The notes beneath the pieces are model-generated. The model was not told the origin of the DNA, did not search any database, and worked only from the letters and a program-made list of their open reading frames with translations. Made by a program: the position numbers and the translations under genes. From Gammaproteobacteria bacterium (GTDB taxonomy: Bacteria; Pseudomonadota; Gammaproteobacteria; Natronospirales; DASSBR01), in NCBI GenBank assembly GCA_035688265.1, contig DASSNE010000034.1, positions 6,055 through 70,054 on the forward strand: a stretch of DNA of 64,000 bases, written 5' to 3'. The first letter of the stretch is position 1. Every line of letters begins with the position of its first letter. Shown piece after piece: positions 33,952 through 43,306 of the stretch.

Positions 33952-35322
33952 ATGGACGACTTCGCTTCGATCGAAACCCTCAAAGAGGACTGGGCCCACA
34001 ACCGCCGCTGGCGCGGGATTCGCCGCGACTACAGCGCCGAGGATGTCGCGCGCCTGCGCGGCAGCGTGCCGATCGAGTACACGCTCGCGCGCCGCGGCGC
34101 CGAGAAACTCTGGCATCTGCTGCGCACCGAAAAGTTTGTCAACGCGCTCGGCGCGATGACCGGCAACCAGGCGATGCAGCAGGTCAAGGCCGGCCTCAAG
34201 GCGATCTACTGCTCCGGCTGGCAGGTCGCGGCCGATGCCAATACCGCCGGGCAGATGTATCCGGATCAGTCGCTGTATCCGGCCGACAGCGTGCCGGACG
34301 TGGTGCGCAGCATCAACAACGCATTCCAGCGCCTCGACCAGATTCTCTGCGCCGAAGGCCGGCCGATGGAGGACGTCTACGCGCCGATCGTCGCCGATGC
34401 CGAGGCCGGCTTCGGCGGCGTACTGAATGCATTCGAACTGATGAAGAACATGATCGCGGCCGGCGCGGCGGGTGTGCATTTCGAGGATCAGCTGTCGGCC
34501 TACAAGAAGTGCGGCCACATGGGCGGCAAGGTGCTGGTGCCGACCAGCGAGGCGGTGCAGAAGCTTGTCGCGGCGCGGCTGGCGGCCGACGTGCTGGGCG
34601 TGCCGACGGTGCTGATCGCACGCACCGATGCGAATGCGGCAAGCCTGCTGACTTCCGACATTGACGAACGCGACGCGCCGTTCCGTACCGGCGAGCGCAC
34701 GCCGGAGGGGTTCCACGTCGTCAAGGCCGGCATCGATCAGGCCATCTCCCGGGGACTTGCGTACGCGCCGTACGCCGACCTGGTCTGGTGCGAAACCGCG
34801 CACCCCGATCTGACCGAAGCGCGCCTGTTCGCCGAGGCGATTCGCCGAGAGCATCCGGACACGCTGCTCGCCTACAACTGCTCGCCGTCGTTCAACTGGC
34901 GGCGCCATCTTGACGACACCACCATCGCCAGCTTCCAGAAGGAGCTCGCCGCGATGGGCTACAAGTTCCAGTTCGTCACGCTGGCGGGATTCCACGCGCT
35001 CAACTACTCGATGTTCGACCTCGCGCATCGCTATCGCGACCACCAGATGGCGGCCTACGTGCAACTGCAGCAGGCGGAGTTCGATGCCGAGGAACGCGGC
35101 TACACGGCGACCAAGCACCAGCGCGAAGTCGGCGCGGGTTACTTCGACCAGTTGACGCAGGTGATCAGCGGCGGCGCGTCCGGGCTGACGGCGCTGGCCG
35201 GGTCGACCGAAGAAGCGCAGTTTGATCCGGCGGCAGACGTGGCGATGGCTACAGCCAAAACGCCAGCCTTGACGGATTCTACTCCCGTCATTCCTGCGAA
35301 GGCAGGAATCCAGTCAGAATGA
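33952..35322 (+). CDS. aceA: Isocitrate lyase with a ~32-aa C-terminal extension
   Basis: It carries the catalytic KKCGHMGGK motif. The canonical C-terminus GSTEEAQF is followed by [32 protein letters not shown]. The last codons and the stop lie inside the repeat element at 35287-35375. The start is set at ATG 33952. Confidence 0.9.
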   Translation: MDDFASIETLKEDWAHNRRWRGIRRDYSAEDVARLRGSVPIEYTLARRGAEKLWHLLRTEKFVNALGAMTGNQAMQQVKAGLKAIYCSGWQVAADANTAGQMYPDQSLYPADSVPDVVRSINNAFQRLDQILCAEGRPMEDVYAPIVADAEAGFGGVLNAFELMKNMIAAGAAGVHFEDQLSAYKKCGHMGGKVLVPTSEAVQKLVAARLAADVLGVPTVLIARTDANAASLLTSDIDERDAPFRTGERTPEGFHVVKAGIDQAISRGLAYAPYADLVWCETAHPDLTEARLFAEAIRREHPDTLLAYNCSPSFNWRRHLDDTTIASFQKELAAMGYKFQFVTLAGFHALNYSMFDLAHRYRDHQMAAYVQLQQAEFDAEERGYTATKHQREVGAGYFDQLTQVISGGASGLTALAGSTEEAQFDPAADVAMATAKTPALTDSTPVIPAKAGIQSE

Positions 35323-35375
35323 GCGGCCGCAGGCCGCAACTGATTAGACTGGGTTCCTGCCTGCGCAGGAACGAC
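35287..35375. repeat. MITE/REP-like palindromic element, copy 2
   Basis: It has the same terminal hairpins as 13101-13190: ATTCCTGC-gaag-GCAGGAAT (compensatory C>T/G>A) and GTTCCTGC-ctgc-GCAGGAAC. The central stem is GCGGCC-gca-GGCCGC. Confidence 0.8.
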
Positions 35376-35386
35376 AAAATCGAGCG

Positions 35387-35851
35387 CTAGGCGCCGCCGC
35401 TGAAACCCTGCTGCCGCCATGCCTCGTACACCACCACCGCCACCGAATTGGATAAATTCAGGCTGCGGTTGTTGGGCCGCATCGGCACGCGCAGTACCCG
35501 CTCCGGCCCCAGTTCGTCCAGCAGCGCCTGCGGCAGGCCGCGGGTTTCGGGGCCGAACACGAACGCATCGCCGGGCTGGAAATCGACGTCGGCGTAACCT
35601 CGGCGCCCGCGCGTCGACAGCGCAAAGAAACGGGCGTCGGGCAACGCTGCGCGGCAAGCGGCAAAGTCCTGATGCTCGGCCACGTTCGCGTACTCGTGAT
35701 AATCCAGCCCCGCCCGCCGCAACCGGCGCTCCTGCAGCGTAAATCCCAGCGGATGCACGAGGTGCAACGTCGCACCGCTGTTCGCGCACAGGCGAATGAT
35801 ATTGCCGGTATTGGGCGGAATTTCCGGCTGATACAATACGACGTTAAACAT
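35387..35851 (-). CDS. trmL: tRNA (cytidine(34)/5-carboxymethylaminomethyluridine(34)-2'-O)-methyltransferase TrmL (SpoU family)
   Basis: 154 aa. [26 protein letters not shown]...LHLV.PLGF is the typical YibK/TrmL sequence. Confidence 0.9.
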   Translation of the reverse strand: MFNVVLYQPEIPPNTGNIIRLCANSGATLHLVHPLGFTLQERRLRRAGLDYHEYANVAEHQDFAACRAALPDARFFALSTRGRRGYADVDFQPGDAFVFGPETRGLPQALLDELGPERVLRVPMRPNNRSLNLSNSVAVVVYEAWRQQGFSGGA

Positions 35852-35869
35852 TTCGCCCTGGACGCTGAC

Positions 35870-36817
35870 ATGCCGAAGGATAGTTCGCTCAACCCGTCGC
35901 TTGCGCTCGAGTTCGCCGGGCTGAAGCTCTCAAGCCCGATCGTGCTGCTGTCGGGCTGCGTCGGGTTCGGCGAAGAATATACGCGCGTCGCCGGCTTTTC
36001 CAACCGCGACGCCGGCGCGGTCTGCCTCAAGGGCACGACGCTCAAGCCGCGGCTCGGCAACCCGCCGCACCGGATCGCCGAAACGCCCATGGGCATGCTG
36101 AACGCGATCGGCCTGCAGAATCCGGGCGCGCACGCGGTAGTCAACGACATCCTGCCGCGACTCGACTTCGAGGAAACGCGCTTCATCGCCAACGTCTCCG
36201 GCTCGACGGTCGAGGAGTACGTCGAAGTTACGCGCATCTTCGACGACTCGCCGATCGACGCCATCGAAATCAACATCTCGTGTCCCAATGTCAAGGAAGG
36301 CGGCGTCGCGTTCGGCAACGATCCGGACATGTCGGCGCGCGTGGTCGAAGCCTGCCGTGCAGTGACGAAGAAGCCGCTGATTACCAAGCTGTCGCCCAAC
36401 CAGACCGACATCGCCTATAACGCCGAGCGTTGCATCGAGGCAGGTACCGATGCGTTCGCCGTGATCAACACGCTGATGGGGATGGCGATCGACATCAACA
36501 CCCGCCGGCCGGTCATCGGCAACATCCAGGGCGGCCTGTCGGGCCCGGCGATCAAGCCGATTGCTTTATTAAAGGTTCGCGAAGTGGCCTCGGTCGCGCG
36601 CCGCCACAACATTCCGATCATCGGCCAGGGCGGCATCGCCAACGCCCACGACGCGATCGAGTTCCTGATCGCCGGCGCAAGCGCGGTCGGCGTCGGTACA
36701 GCCCTGTTTTACGACCCGCTGATCTGTCCGAAGATCAACGAGGGCGTGGCGGCTTATCTTCACCTGCATGGCTTCACCAGCGTCAGCGAACTGACCGGCG
36801 CCCTTGAGAAGGACTGA
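35870..36817 (+). CDS. pyrD: Dihydroorotate dehydrogenase, class 1 (PyrD catalytic subunit type)
   Basis: It shows [35 protein letters not shown] and [13 protein letters not shown]. The start is set at ATG 35870; the track start at 35672 overlaps trmL. Confidence 0.85.
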   Translation: MPKDSSLNPSLALEFAGLKLSSPIVLLSGCVGFGEEYTRVAGFSNRDAGAVCLKGTTLKPRLGNPPHRIAETPMGMLNAIGLQNPGAHAVVNDILPRLDFEETRFIANVSGSTVEEYVEVTRIFDDSPIDAIEINISCPNVKEGGVAFGNDPDMSARVVEACRAVTKKPLITKLSPNQTDIAYNAERCIEAGTDAFAVINTLMGMAIDINTRRPVIGNIQGGLSGPAIKPIALLKVREVASVARRHNIPIIGQGGIANAHDAIEFLIAGASAVGVGTALFYDPLICPKINEGVAAYLHLHGFTSVSELTGALEKD

Positions 36818-36960
36818 GTCCTTAGTCCTAGTTTCTACCGCATATCGTCCCAATAACCCCTTGTATCCACAAATATTGTTTACACGGAGGATGAGGTAAC
36901 TTATGCTGTCGCACGTTGCCCGGACTACGGGTAAGCCCTATATTGCAGCTATTCCGCGGA

Positions 36961-37953
36961 ATGGTTGTTCGCTGGCTGCGGCCGGCAGGGAGCTGGGGAT
37001 TGCTTTCAATACTAAAAACTCGGCGGCCGGCAACCGGACTGGCCGGCTTTGCTTACGACGCGGACGGCCTCGGGGTGGCCCGTATTGACCGCGACAAGGC
37101 GCGCCGGCCGCACCTGGCGAGCTGCCGGTACTTCCCTTGCATTGACGAACCCGGCCGCGCCGCCGCGGCGGAAGCGGCGATGCACCAACTCGGCCTGCAA
37201 CGTCTCAAGGCAACGACAGTCATCGACGCGGCCGCGTACCAGCTTCTGCTGGTGGAAACGCCGGACGTCCAGCCGGACGAATTGCGCGGCGCGGTGCGCT
37301 GGCGTATCAAGGACCTGATCGATTTCCACATCGACGATGCGGCGATCGACGTATTCGAAGTGCCGGGCCAGCACAGCACCGCCGCCGGCGGTCACCTGAT
37401 GTACGCGGTGGCGGCGCGCAGCCAGGCGGTGCAGACCAGTATCCGCCGGCTCGAAGGCGCCGGCATCGATCTCGCCAGCATTGACATTCCGGAAATGTGT
37501 CTGCGCAATGTCGCCGCGCTGTTGCCGGAGGACGTGGAAGGCGTGGCGCTGCTCTATCTTGCCCGCAACACCGGGTGGATCGTGCTGACCCGCCAACACA
37601 CCCTGTATCTCGCCCGCCGGATCGACACCGGCTATGCCGAGTTCGAGGCTGCGGCGAACGATCCGGCGCAGTTCGAAGCGCTCGCCAACAGCATTGTGCT
37701 CGAATTGCAGCGTTCGCTCGACTATTACGAAAGCCATTTCACGCAGCCGCCGGTGCGCCACGTCGCCGTCGCGCCCGTCGCCGTGCCGCTGCACGACCTC
37801 GACGCCTTCCTGGGCCGCAGCCTGAATGTGCAGGTGATCGGCTGCGACCTGAACACGCTGCTCGATGTCGACGAACCCTGCGACGCCGAGTTGCAGGGAC
37901 GCTGCCTGCCGGCGCTAGGTGCCGCACTGCGCGTGGAGGCGACCGCGCTATGA
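36961..37953 (+). CDS. MSHA-type pilus biogenesis protein, MshI-like (PilM/actin-like ATPase fold)
   Basis: It is the first gene of the pilus cluster. The size, the position and the 4-nt overlap with the next gene fit MshI. The start is uncertain (TTG 36916 in the track, ATG 36961 preferred). Confidence 0.55.
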   Translation: MVVRWLRPAGSWGLLSILKTRRPATGLAGFAYDADGLGVARIDRDKARRPHLASCRYFPCIDEPGRAAAAEAAMHQLGLQRLKATTVIDAAAYQLLLVETPDVQPDELRGAVRWRIKDLIDFHIDDAAIDVFEVPGQHSTAAGGHLMYAVAARSQAVQTSIRRLEGAGIDLASIDIPEMCLRNVAALLPEDVEGVALLYLARNTGWIVLTRQHTLYLARRIDTGYAEFEAAANDPAQFEALANSIVLELQRSLDYYESHFTQPPVRHVAVAPVAVPLHDLDAFLGRSLNVQVIGCDLNTLLDVDEPCDAELQGRCLPALGAALRVEATAL

Positions 37954-38492
37954 GCGCCGTGCTGCACCAGCAGATCAATCTCTACCAGCCGATCTTTCGT
38001 AAGCCGCGCAAGGTGTTTTCGGTCCGCACCATGGCCGAAACCGCCGGCGTCGTGGTGATAGCGCTGATCCTGCTGTACGGCTGGGCGCTGTGGCAGACGC
38101 ATCAACTGAATGGCCGACTTACGGCATTGCGGGCGGAACAGGCTCATGACAGCGAACTGCTCGACCGCCTGGGCAAAAAGCTTGCCGCGCGTCAGCCGAG
38201 CGCGGCGCTGGTTCAGGCGTTGGCGACCGCCGAAGCGGACCGCGATGCGAAGCGGGCGCTGCTGAAAACCCTGACCGCGCCGAACCACGTCAACACGACC
38301 GGATTTGCTCCGGCGCTTACGGGGCTCGCGCGCACGCCGATTGCCGGCCTTTGGCTGACGGGCATCACGCTGGCCGACGGTGGCCACCAGGTCCGGCTTG
38401 CCGGTGCGACGACGCGATCGGCGCAGGTACCGAACCTGGTTCGCAAGCTGGCCGATGCACCGCTTTCGCCGGCGTCGAATTCAAGCAGTTGA
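37950..38492 (+). CDS. PilN-like bitopic membrane protein (corresponds to the C-terminal half of Vibrio MshI)
   Basis: From ATG 37950 it reads MSAVLHQQINLYQPIFRKPRKVFS, then a TM helix (AGVVVIALILLYGWALW), then a coiled coil. The INLY/P motif is typical of PilN/GspL-C proteins. Confidence 0.55.
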   Translation: MSAVLHQQINLYQPIFRKPRKVFSVRTMAETAGVVVIALILLYGWALWQTHQLNGRLTALRAEQAHDSELLDRLGKKLAARQPSAALVQALATAEADRDAKRALLKTLTAPNHVNTTGFAPALTGLARTPIAGLWLTGITLADGGHQVRLAGATTRSAQVPNLVRKLADAPLSPASNSSS

Positions 38493-38574
38493 AGATCGAA
38501 CGCGATACCAGCCGGTCGGGCCCCGCGCGGCTAGACTTCCTCCTGTCCACCACGGCCGAAAAGGCGACGCGCTG

Positions 38575-39231
38575 ATGCGCGCGCGGCTGGAGCTGTGGAT
38601 CGCGCGTATCGACGCGCTCAGCCTGCGCGAGCGCGGCCTGTTAATGCTGGCGGTGCTGGCGGTGCTGGTCGGCGTGTGGGAGGTGATTTTCTTTGGTCCG
38701 CTGCAGCGCGAGCAGGCTACGCTGCAAAAGCAGATTGCGACGTTGCGCGGCTCCATCGCCGACCTGAACCGATCGATCACCCAGGCCGCGACCAAAAGCA
38801 GCGAAGATCCCAACGTCGCGTTGCGCGCGCAACTGGCTGCCGCGAAACAGGCCGAGGCCCAGGCCGATCAGCGGCTCAAGGCGCTTACAGCCGGCCTCAT
38901 CGCGCCTCAGGAGATGGCGGCCGTGCTGGAAAAGATGCTCAAGGCGCAGCATGGCCTCAAACTGATCAGCGTGACGAACCAGCCGGCCGCGCCGGTCATG
39001 CTGGAGGCGGCAAGCAGTCCGCCGGCGAAGGCCAGGGTCTTCCGTCACGGACTGACGCTCACGTTCGAAGGCAGCTACCTCGACACGCTGAAATATCTCG
39101 AAGCGCTGGCCAGGCTGCCGTGGCATTTCTATTGGGACAAGCTGGAACTGAAAGTGAAGCGGTATCCGGTGAGCAGGGTGACGCTGACGGTGCATACGCT
39201 GAATCTGAAAGAGGGATGGATCGGTGTCTAG
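38575..39231 (+). CDS. MshJ-like (PilO-type) pilus assembly protein
   Basis: From ATG 38575 it reads MRARLELWIARIDALSLRERGLLMLAVLAVLVGVW, a TM helix followed by a coiled coil. The position after the PilM/PilN-like genes fits. Confidence 0.55.
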   Translation: MRARLELWIARIDALSLRERGLLMLAVLAVLVGVWEVIFFGPLQREQATLQKQIATLRGSIADLNRSITQAATKSSEDPNVALRAQLAAAKQAEAQADQRLKALTAGLIAPQEMAAVLEKMLKAQHGLKLISVTNQPAAPVMLEAASSPPAKARVFRHGLTLTFEGSYLDTLKYLEALARLPWHFYWDKLELKVKRYPVSRVTLTVHTLNLKEGWIGV

Positions 39232-39601
39232 CGCGGCGGGATTCGGGGTTCGAAGTTCGGGGTTCGGGTGGAATGCCTGGCTCATCGCGCTCGTGCTGGC
39301 GAGCGGCTGCACGTACGGTGGTACGCTGCACGATCCGACGCGGCCGGATTTCGGATCGCCGGCGAAGGCGGCGCACGCAACAGCCGGCTGGCAGCTCAAT
39401 TCGACGCTGATTTCCGCGCATCGCCGCCTCGCGATGATCAACGGCAAGACCGTCGGCGTCGGCGACCGGGTCGATGGGGCGACCGTGATCGCGATTCGTC
39501 CCGGGGCCGTGCGCCTCCGCCGCAGCGGCCGCCAGTTCACGATCCACTTGATCGCCACCACCATCAAGACCCGCAAAGCCGCGGACAGGGGTTCGTCATG
39601 A
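39224..39601 (+). CDS. MshK-like lipoprotein (PilP-like)
   Basis: 125 aa with the lipobox LVLASGC. The C-terminal block INGKTVGVGDRVDGATVIAIRPGAVRL is typical of MshK/PilP. Confidence 0.55.
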   Translation: MSSAAGFGVRSSGFGWNAWLIALVLASGCTYGGTLHDPTRPDFGSPAKAAHATAGWQLNSTLISAHRRLAMINGKTVGVGDRVDGATVIAIRPGAVRLRRSGRQFTIHLIATTIKTRKAADRGSS

Positions 39602-41310
39602 CCGGCCGCATCGTCTTCTTGCTCGTCATCGCCGGTACGGTCGCCGGCTGCACCACGCTGGCAGGTCCCACTGCGCGCGACAGCGCGCACCAGGCGCTCA
39701 AGGAGGCTGCGACACAGCAGCACGCGCCGCCGCCGCCCTCCGCCGCGGTCAGCGAGGCACTGCTGCCGACGCTGACGGCACCGCAGCCGGAGGCCGGCGC
39801 ATCCGAAGAGCACTTCGACGTGGCGGTTAACGAAGTGCCGGCAAGGACGTTTTTCATGGGGCTTGTCAAAGGCACGCACTACAACATGGTCGTACCGCCG
39901 AAACTCGAGGGAAAGATTTCGCTGCGCCTCAAGAATGTGACCGTGCCCGGCGTGATGGATATCGTGCGCAGCGAATACGGCTACGAATACCAGCGCCACG
40001 GCAACACGTTCCTGGTCTTGCCGGAAACCCTCAAGACGCGCATCTTCCAGGTCGATTACCTCAACATCAGCCGCAAGGGCACCTCGCAGACGCGGGTGAC
40101 TTCGGGCGAGACCACGGAGCGTCCGTACGGCAACCGGGAATATGGCGCCTACGGCCGCGGCGGCCTGTACGGCAACGGCGGCGCGCCCTATAACGGCAAT
40201 GACAATAATCGCAACGCCGACATGTCGACGTATATTCACACGCAGACCGAGTCGGACTTCTGGACCGACCTGAAAAAATCGCTGACCGCGATCATCGGCA
40301 ACGCGGACGGGCGACAGGTTGTCGTCAATGCCGATTCCGGCGTTATCGTGGTACGCGCGCTGCCGGGCGAATTACACAACGTCGCGATGTACCTGCAACA
40401 GGTCCAGGGCAGCGTCAGCCGCGAGGTGGTGCTGGAAGCCAAGATCATCGAGGTGGTACTGAACAACGGCTTCCAGTCGGGCATCAACTGGGGCGCGCTC
40501 GGGCACCCGGCGAAAGGCGAAAGCATCTTCGGCGGCCAGGTCGGCGGCAGCGGCCTGTTCGACAGCGGCCACACCGATCTGCAGGGTAATCCGTTGACTG
40601 TGTCGCCGGGCAACGCCGTCACCAGCCTGCCGAGTTCGGCGTTCGGCGGAACATTCGCGCTGGCGCTTAACCTGACCGACTTCAACGCGTTCATTGAACT
40701 GCTGCAAACGCAAGGCGAAACGCACGTGCTGTCGAGTCCGCGCGTTGCGACGCTCAACAATCAGCAGGCGGTAATCAAGGTCGGCTCCGACGAATTTTTT
40801 GTCACCGGCATTTATCAGAACACGTTCGTGTCGACGACCACGGCAAATACCAGCAACGTTATTATTCAGCCGTTCTTTTCAGGCATCGCGCTGGACGTGA
40901 CGCCGCAAATCGACAGCGACGGCGAGGTGACGCTGCACATTCATCCGGTCGTCAGCGAAGTACAGGATCAGCAAAAGACGTTTACCGTCAGCGGCGAGAC
41001 CAACAGTCTGCCGCTGGCACTGAGCCAGGTACGGGAATCGGACAGCGTTGTGCGGGCGAAGAGCGGCCAGATCATCGTCATAGGCGGCCTGATGAAGAAC
41101 GAAAGCCACGACCAGGAGTACAAGACGCCGGTCCTTGGCGATATCCCGATACTCGGCAATCTGTTCAAACAGAAGAAAACGGTATCGCAGAAAACCGAGC
41201 TGGTGATTCTGCTGAAGCCCGTCGTCATCGACAGCCCGGACCAGTGGTCGAAGATCGGGCAGAGTTCGTTCGACCGGCTGCAGGCGATCGACCCGGGGAA
41301 CCGGCGCTAG
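39598..41310 (+). CDS. mshL: MSHA-type secretin MshL (lipoprotein secretin)
   Basis: From ATG 39598 the lipobox is IAGTVAGC. The secretin C-domain shows VLSSPRVATLNNQQAVIKVG and GGLMKN...TPVLGDIPILGNLFKQK...ELVILLKP. Confidence 0.88.
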   Translation: MTGRIVFLLVIAGTVAGCTTLAGPTARDSAHQALKEAATQQHAPPPPSAAVSEALLPTLTAPQPEAGASEEHFDVAVNEVPARTFFMGLVKGTHYNMVVPPKLEGKISLRLKNVTVPGVMDIVRSEYGYEYQRHGNTFLVLPETLKTRIFQVDYLNISRKGTSQTRVTSGETTERPYGNREYGAYGRGGLYGNGGAPYNGNDNNRNADMSTYIHTQTESDFWTDLKKSLTAIIGNADGRQVVVNADSGVIVVRALPGELHNVAMYLQQVQGSVSREVVLEAKIIEVVLNNGFQSGINWGALGHPAKGESIFGGQVGGSGLFDSGHTDLQGNPLTVSPGNAVTSLPSSAFGGTFALALNLTDFNAFIELLQTQGETHVLSSPRVATLNNQQAVIKVGSDEFFVTGIYQNTFVSTTTANTSNVIIQPFFSGIALDVTPQIDSDGEVTLHIHPVVSEVQDQQKTFTVSGETNSLPLALSQVRESDSVVRAKSGQIIVIGGLMKNESHDQEYKTPVLGDIPILGNLFKQKKTVSQKTELVILLKPVVIDSPDQWSKIGQSSFDRLQAIDPGNRR

Positions 41311-41319
41311 GTCGCCATC

Positions 41320-42183
41320 ATGTATCTGGAACACTTCGGTCTCAAGGCCTACCCGTTCTCGCTGACGCCGGACACCGAGTTTTTCTTCGCGAGCCGCAGC
41401 CATCAGGAAGCGCTGAACGTGCTGCTGGTCGCGCTGCGCGAGGGCGAAGGGTTTATCAAGGTGACGGGCGAGGTCGGCTTGGGCAAGACGCTGCTATGCC
41501 GGCAATTGCTGAACGCGCTCGATGATCGGTTCGTAACCGCCTATGTGCCGAACCCGCATCTGTCGGCGGCCTCAATGCGCCTCGCGCTGGCGTGCGAACT
41601 GGGACTGAAGCGGCCGCGTAGCGGATACACGCAGCAGGACCTGCTGACATGGCTGAACGCGGCGCTATTGACTTTTGCCGCTGATCGGAAGCAGGTGGTT
41701 GTGTGCATGGATGAAGCACAGCAATTGCCGGACGCCACGCTTGAAGCCGTGCGACTGCTGACGAACCTCGAAACCGAAAAGCGCAAGCTGCTGCAGGTTG
41801 TACTGTTCGGTCAGCCGGAACTCGATCGGCGGTTGGCCGATCAGCAGTTCCGCCAATTGAAACAGCGCATCACGTTCTCCTACAAGCTTTCGCCGCTGGA
41901 CCGCGAGACGGTGGAAGCTTATGTGGCGCATCGCCTGCGTATCGCGGGCTATCGCGGCCCGAAATTATTCACCACGGCTGCCATGAAGCGGATGTACCGC
42001 GCCAGTGGCGGTACGCCGCGGCTCGTCAATGTTCTCTGCCACAAGGCGCTGATGGCCGCTTACGGCCCCGGCGCCGACTGCGTTGATGGCCGGGCGATGC
42101 AGCTTGCCATCGACGATACCGAAGGCGCCGTGAGACGCTGGCACTGGCGCGGTCACCGTTCGACGTCGAGTCTGCGCCCATGA
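41320..42183 (+). CDS. mshM: MshM (ExeA-like AAA ATPase)
   Basis: It begins MYLEHFGLKAYPFSLTPDTEFFF and has Walker A GEVGLGKT and Walker B VVCMDEAQ. Confidence 0.82.
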   Translation: MYLEHFGLKAYPFSLTPDTEFFFASRSHQEALNVLLVALREGEGFIKVTGEVGLGKTLLCRQLLNALDDRFVTAYVPNPHLSAASMRLALACELGLKRPRSGYTQQDLLTWLNAALLTFAADRKQVVVCMDEAQQLPDATLEAVRLLTNLETEKRKLLQVVLFGQPELDRRLADQQFRQLKQRITFSYKLSPLDRETVEAYVAHRLRIAGYRGPKLFTTAAMKRMYRASGGTPRLVNVLCHKALMAAYGPGADCVDGRAMQLAIDDTEGAVRRWHWRGHRSTSSLRP

Positions 42184-43286
42184 GCCTCGTGAACCAGATG
42201 CTGCGCGACCTGGAAATGCGCCGCGAACGGGAGCAGGCGGAGGCGCGCACGGATGTGCAGGCGGTACATGTCGTTGCCGCTAAATGGCGCTGGCCGCTGG
42301 TGGCGGCCGCGGTCGCCATCATTGCAGCCGGCGCAGTCTACGCGGCGACCGTAATGCGAGCCGCGCATCGGCCGGAGACCGTTACCCGGACAGTACGTGC
42401 GGTACCGGTGAAGGTAAATACGACCGCGATTGCGCGCGAGAAGGCGTCGGCAACAAAGCAGCCAGCGGAAGCAAGGCGGGCCAGCGCGCACGACGATCTC
42501 AAGCCGGCAGAAGTTGGCCGGCCCACTCTGGCGCGAATCGCGGCCGTCGAACCCCATGCACCGGCGAACCAGGTCCGGCACGTCGATCACGCCAAGACTG
42601 CACCGGCACCGGCACCGGCACCGGCACCCGTACAAAAACCGAAACCCGCCGTGCATCGCGTCGCCCGTCATGCCGAACCGGCCATGATCAAAAAACCGCG
42701 CCCGGCGACGCCCGCGCAACGCGCGGCAGCGACCTATGCGGCCGGAATGTCGGCGGCACAGGCGGGCGATATCGTCCGCGCCGAGACTGAATTTCGGGCC
42801 GCGCTCGCCGCCGATCCGACCGCCTATGGTGCGCGCGAGGCGCTCGCCGCGCTGTTGAATCAACAGGGCAAAATGAAGCTGGCGATTCAGCTGTTCGTGA
42901 CCGGCATGCAGGCCGATCCGGCCCATCGAGAGCGATTTGCGCGCGCTTACGCGCGCCTGCTGGTCGCGCACAACCAGGTCGCGCAGGCGGTGACGATACT
43001 GAAGGACACGCTGCCGCCGGCGGCGCAAGCGCCCGAGCATTACGCGTTTCTCGCGGCGCTCGAGGAACGACAGGGCCAGCACCAGGCGGCTGTGACGAAT
43101 TATGCGAAAGCGCTCGCGGTCCAACCGGCGCAGGGCCGCTGGTGGGCGGGGCTGGCGGTGGCTTACGACCAGCTTCGCGAGCCGGACAAGGCGCTGGCGG
43201 CGTACCAACGCGCGCGGGATGCCGGGGGACTCGGCGTGACGCTGGCAACCTACGTCAATCAGCGCATTAGCGCGTTAAAACCATAA
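42180..43286 (+). CDS. MshN-like TPR protein with Ala/Pro-rich linker
   Basis: It has an N-terminal LVNQMLRDLE motif, a TM helix, an APAPAPAPAP linker and C-terminal TPR-like repeats. The position after mshM fits MshN. Confidence 0.6.
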   Translation: MSLVNQMLRDLEMRREREQAEARTDVQAVHVVAAKWRWPLVAAAVAIIAAGAVYAATVMRAAHRPETVTRTVRAVPVKVNTTAIAREKASATKQPAEARRASAHDDLKPAEVGRPTLARIAAVEPHAPANQVRHVDHAKTAPAPAPAPAPVQKPKPAVHRVARHAEPAMIKKPRPATPAQRAAATYAAGMSAAQAGDIVRAETEFRAALAADPTAYGAREALAALLNQQGKMKLAIQLFVTGMQADPAHRERFARAYARLLVAHNQVAQAVTILKDTLPPAAQAPEHYAFLAALEERQGQHQAAVTNYAKALAVQPAQGRWWAGLAVAYDQLREPDKALAAYQRARDAGGLGVTLATYVNQRISALKP

Positions 43287-43306
43287 TTTAGGGGGAGTCT
43301 CGATTC

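Noticed and set aside
36903-37088. 61-aa ORF preceded by GGAGG at the head of the pilus cluster
   Set aside because: It overlaps the MshI-like frame out of phase and has an Arg/Gly-rich tail with no pilus-related motif. The GGAGG could equally serve the nearby MshI-like start candidates.
38641-40239. 532-aa minus-strand ORF
   Set aside because: It lies antisense to the mshJ/K/L-like genes. Its composition is Arg/Ala-rich, and the pilus genes in the plus frame have lipoboxes and secretin motifs.
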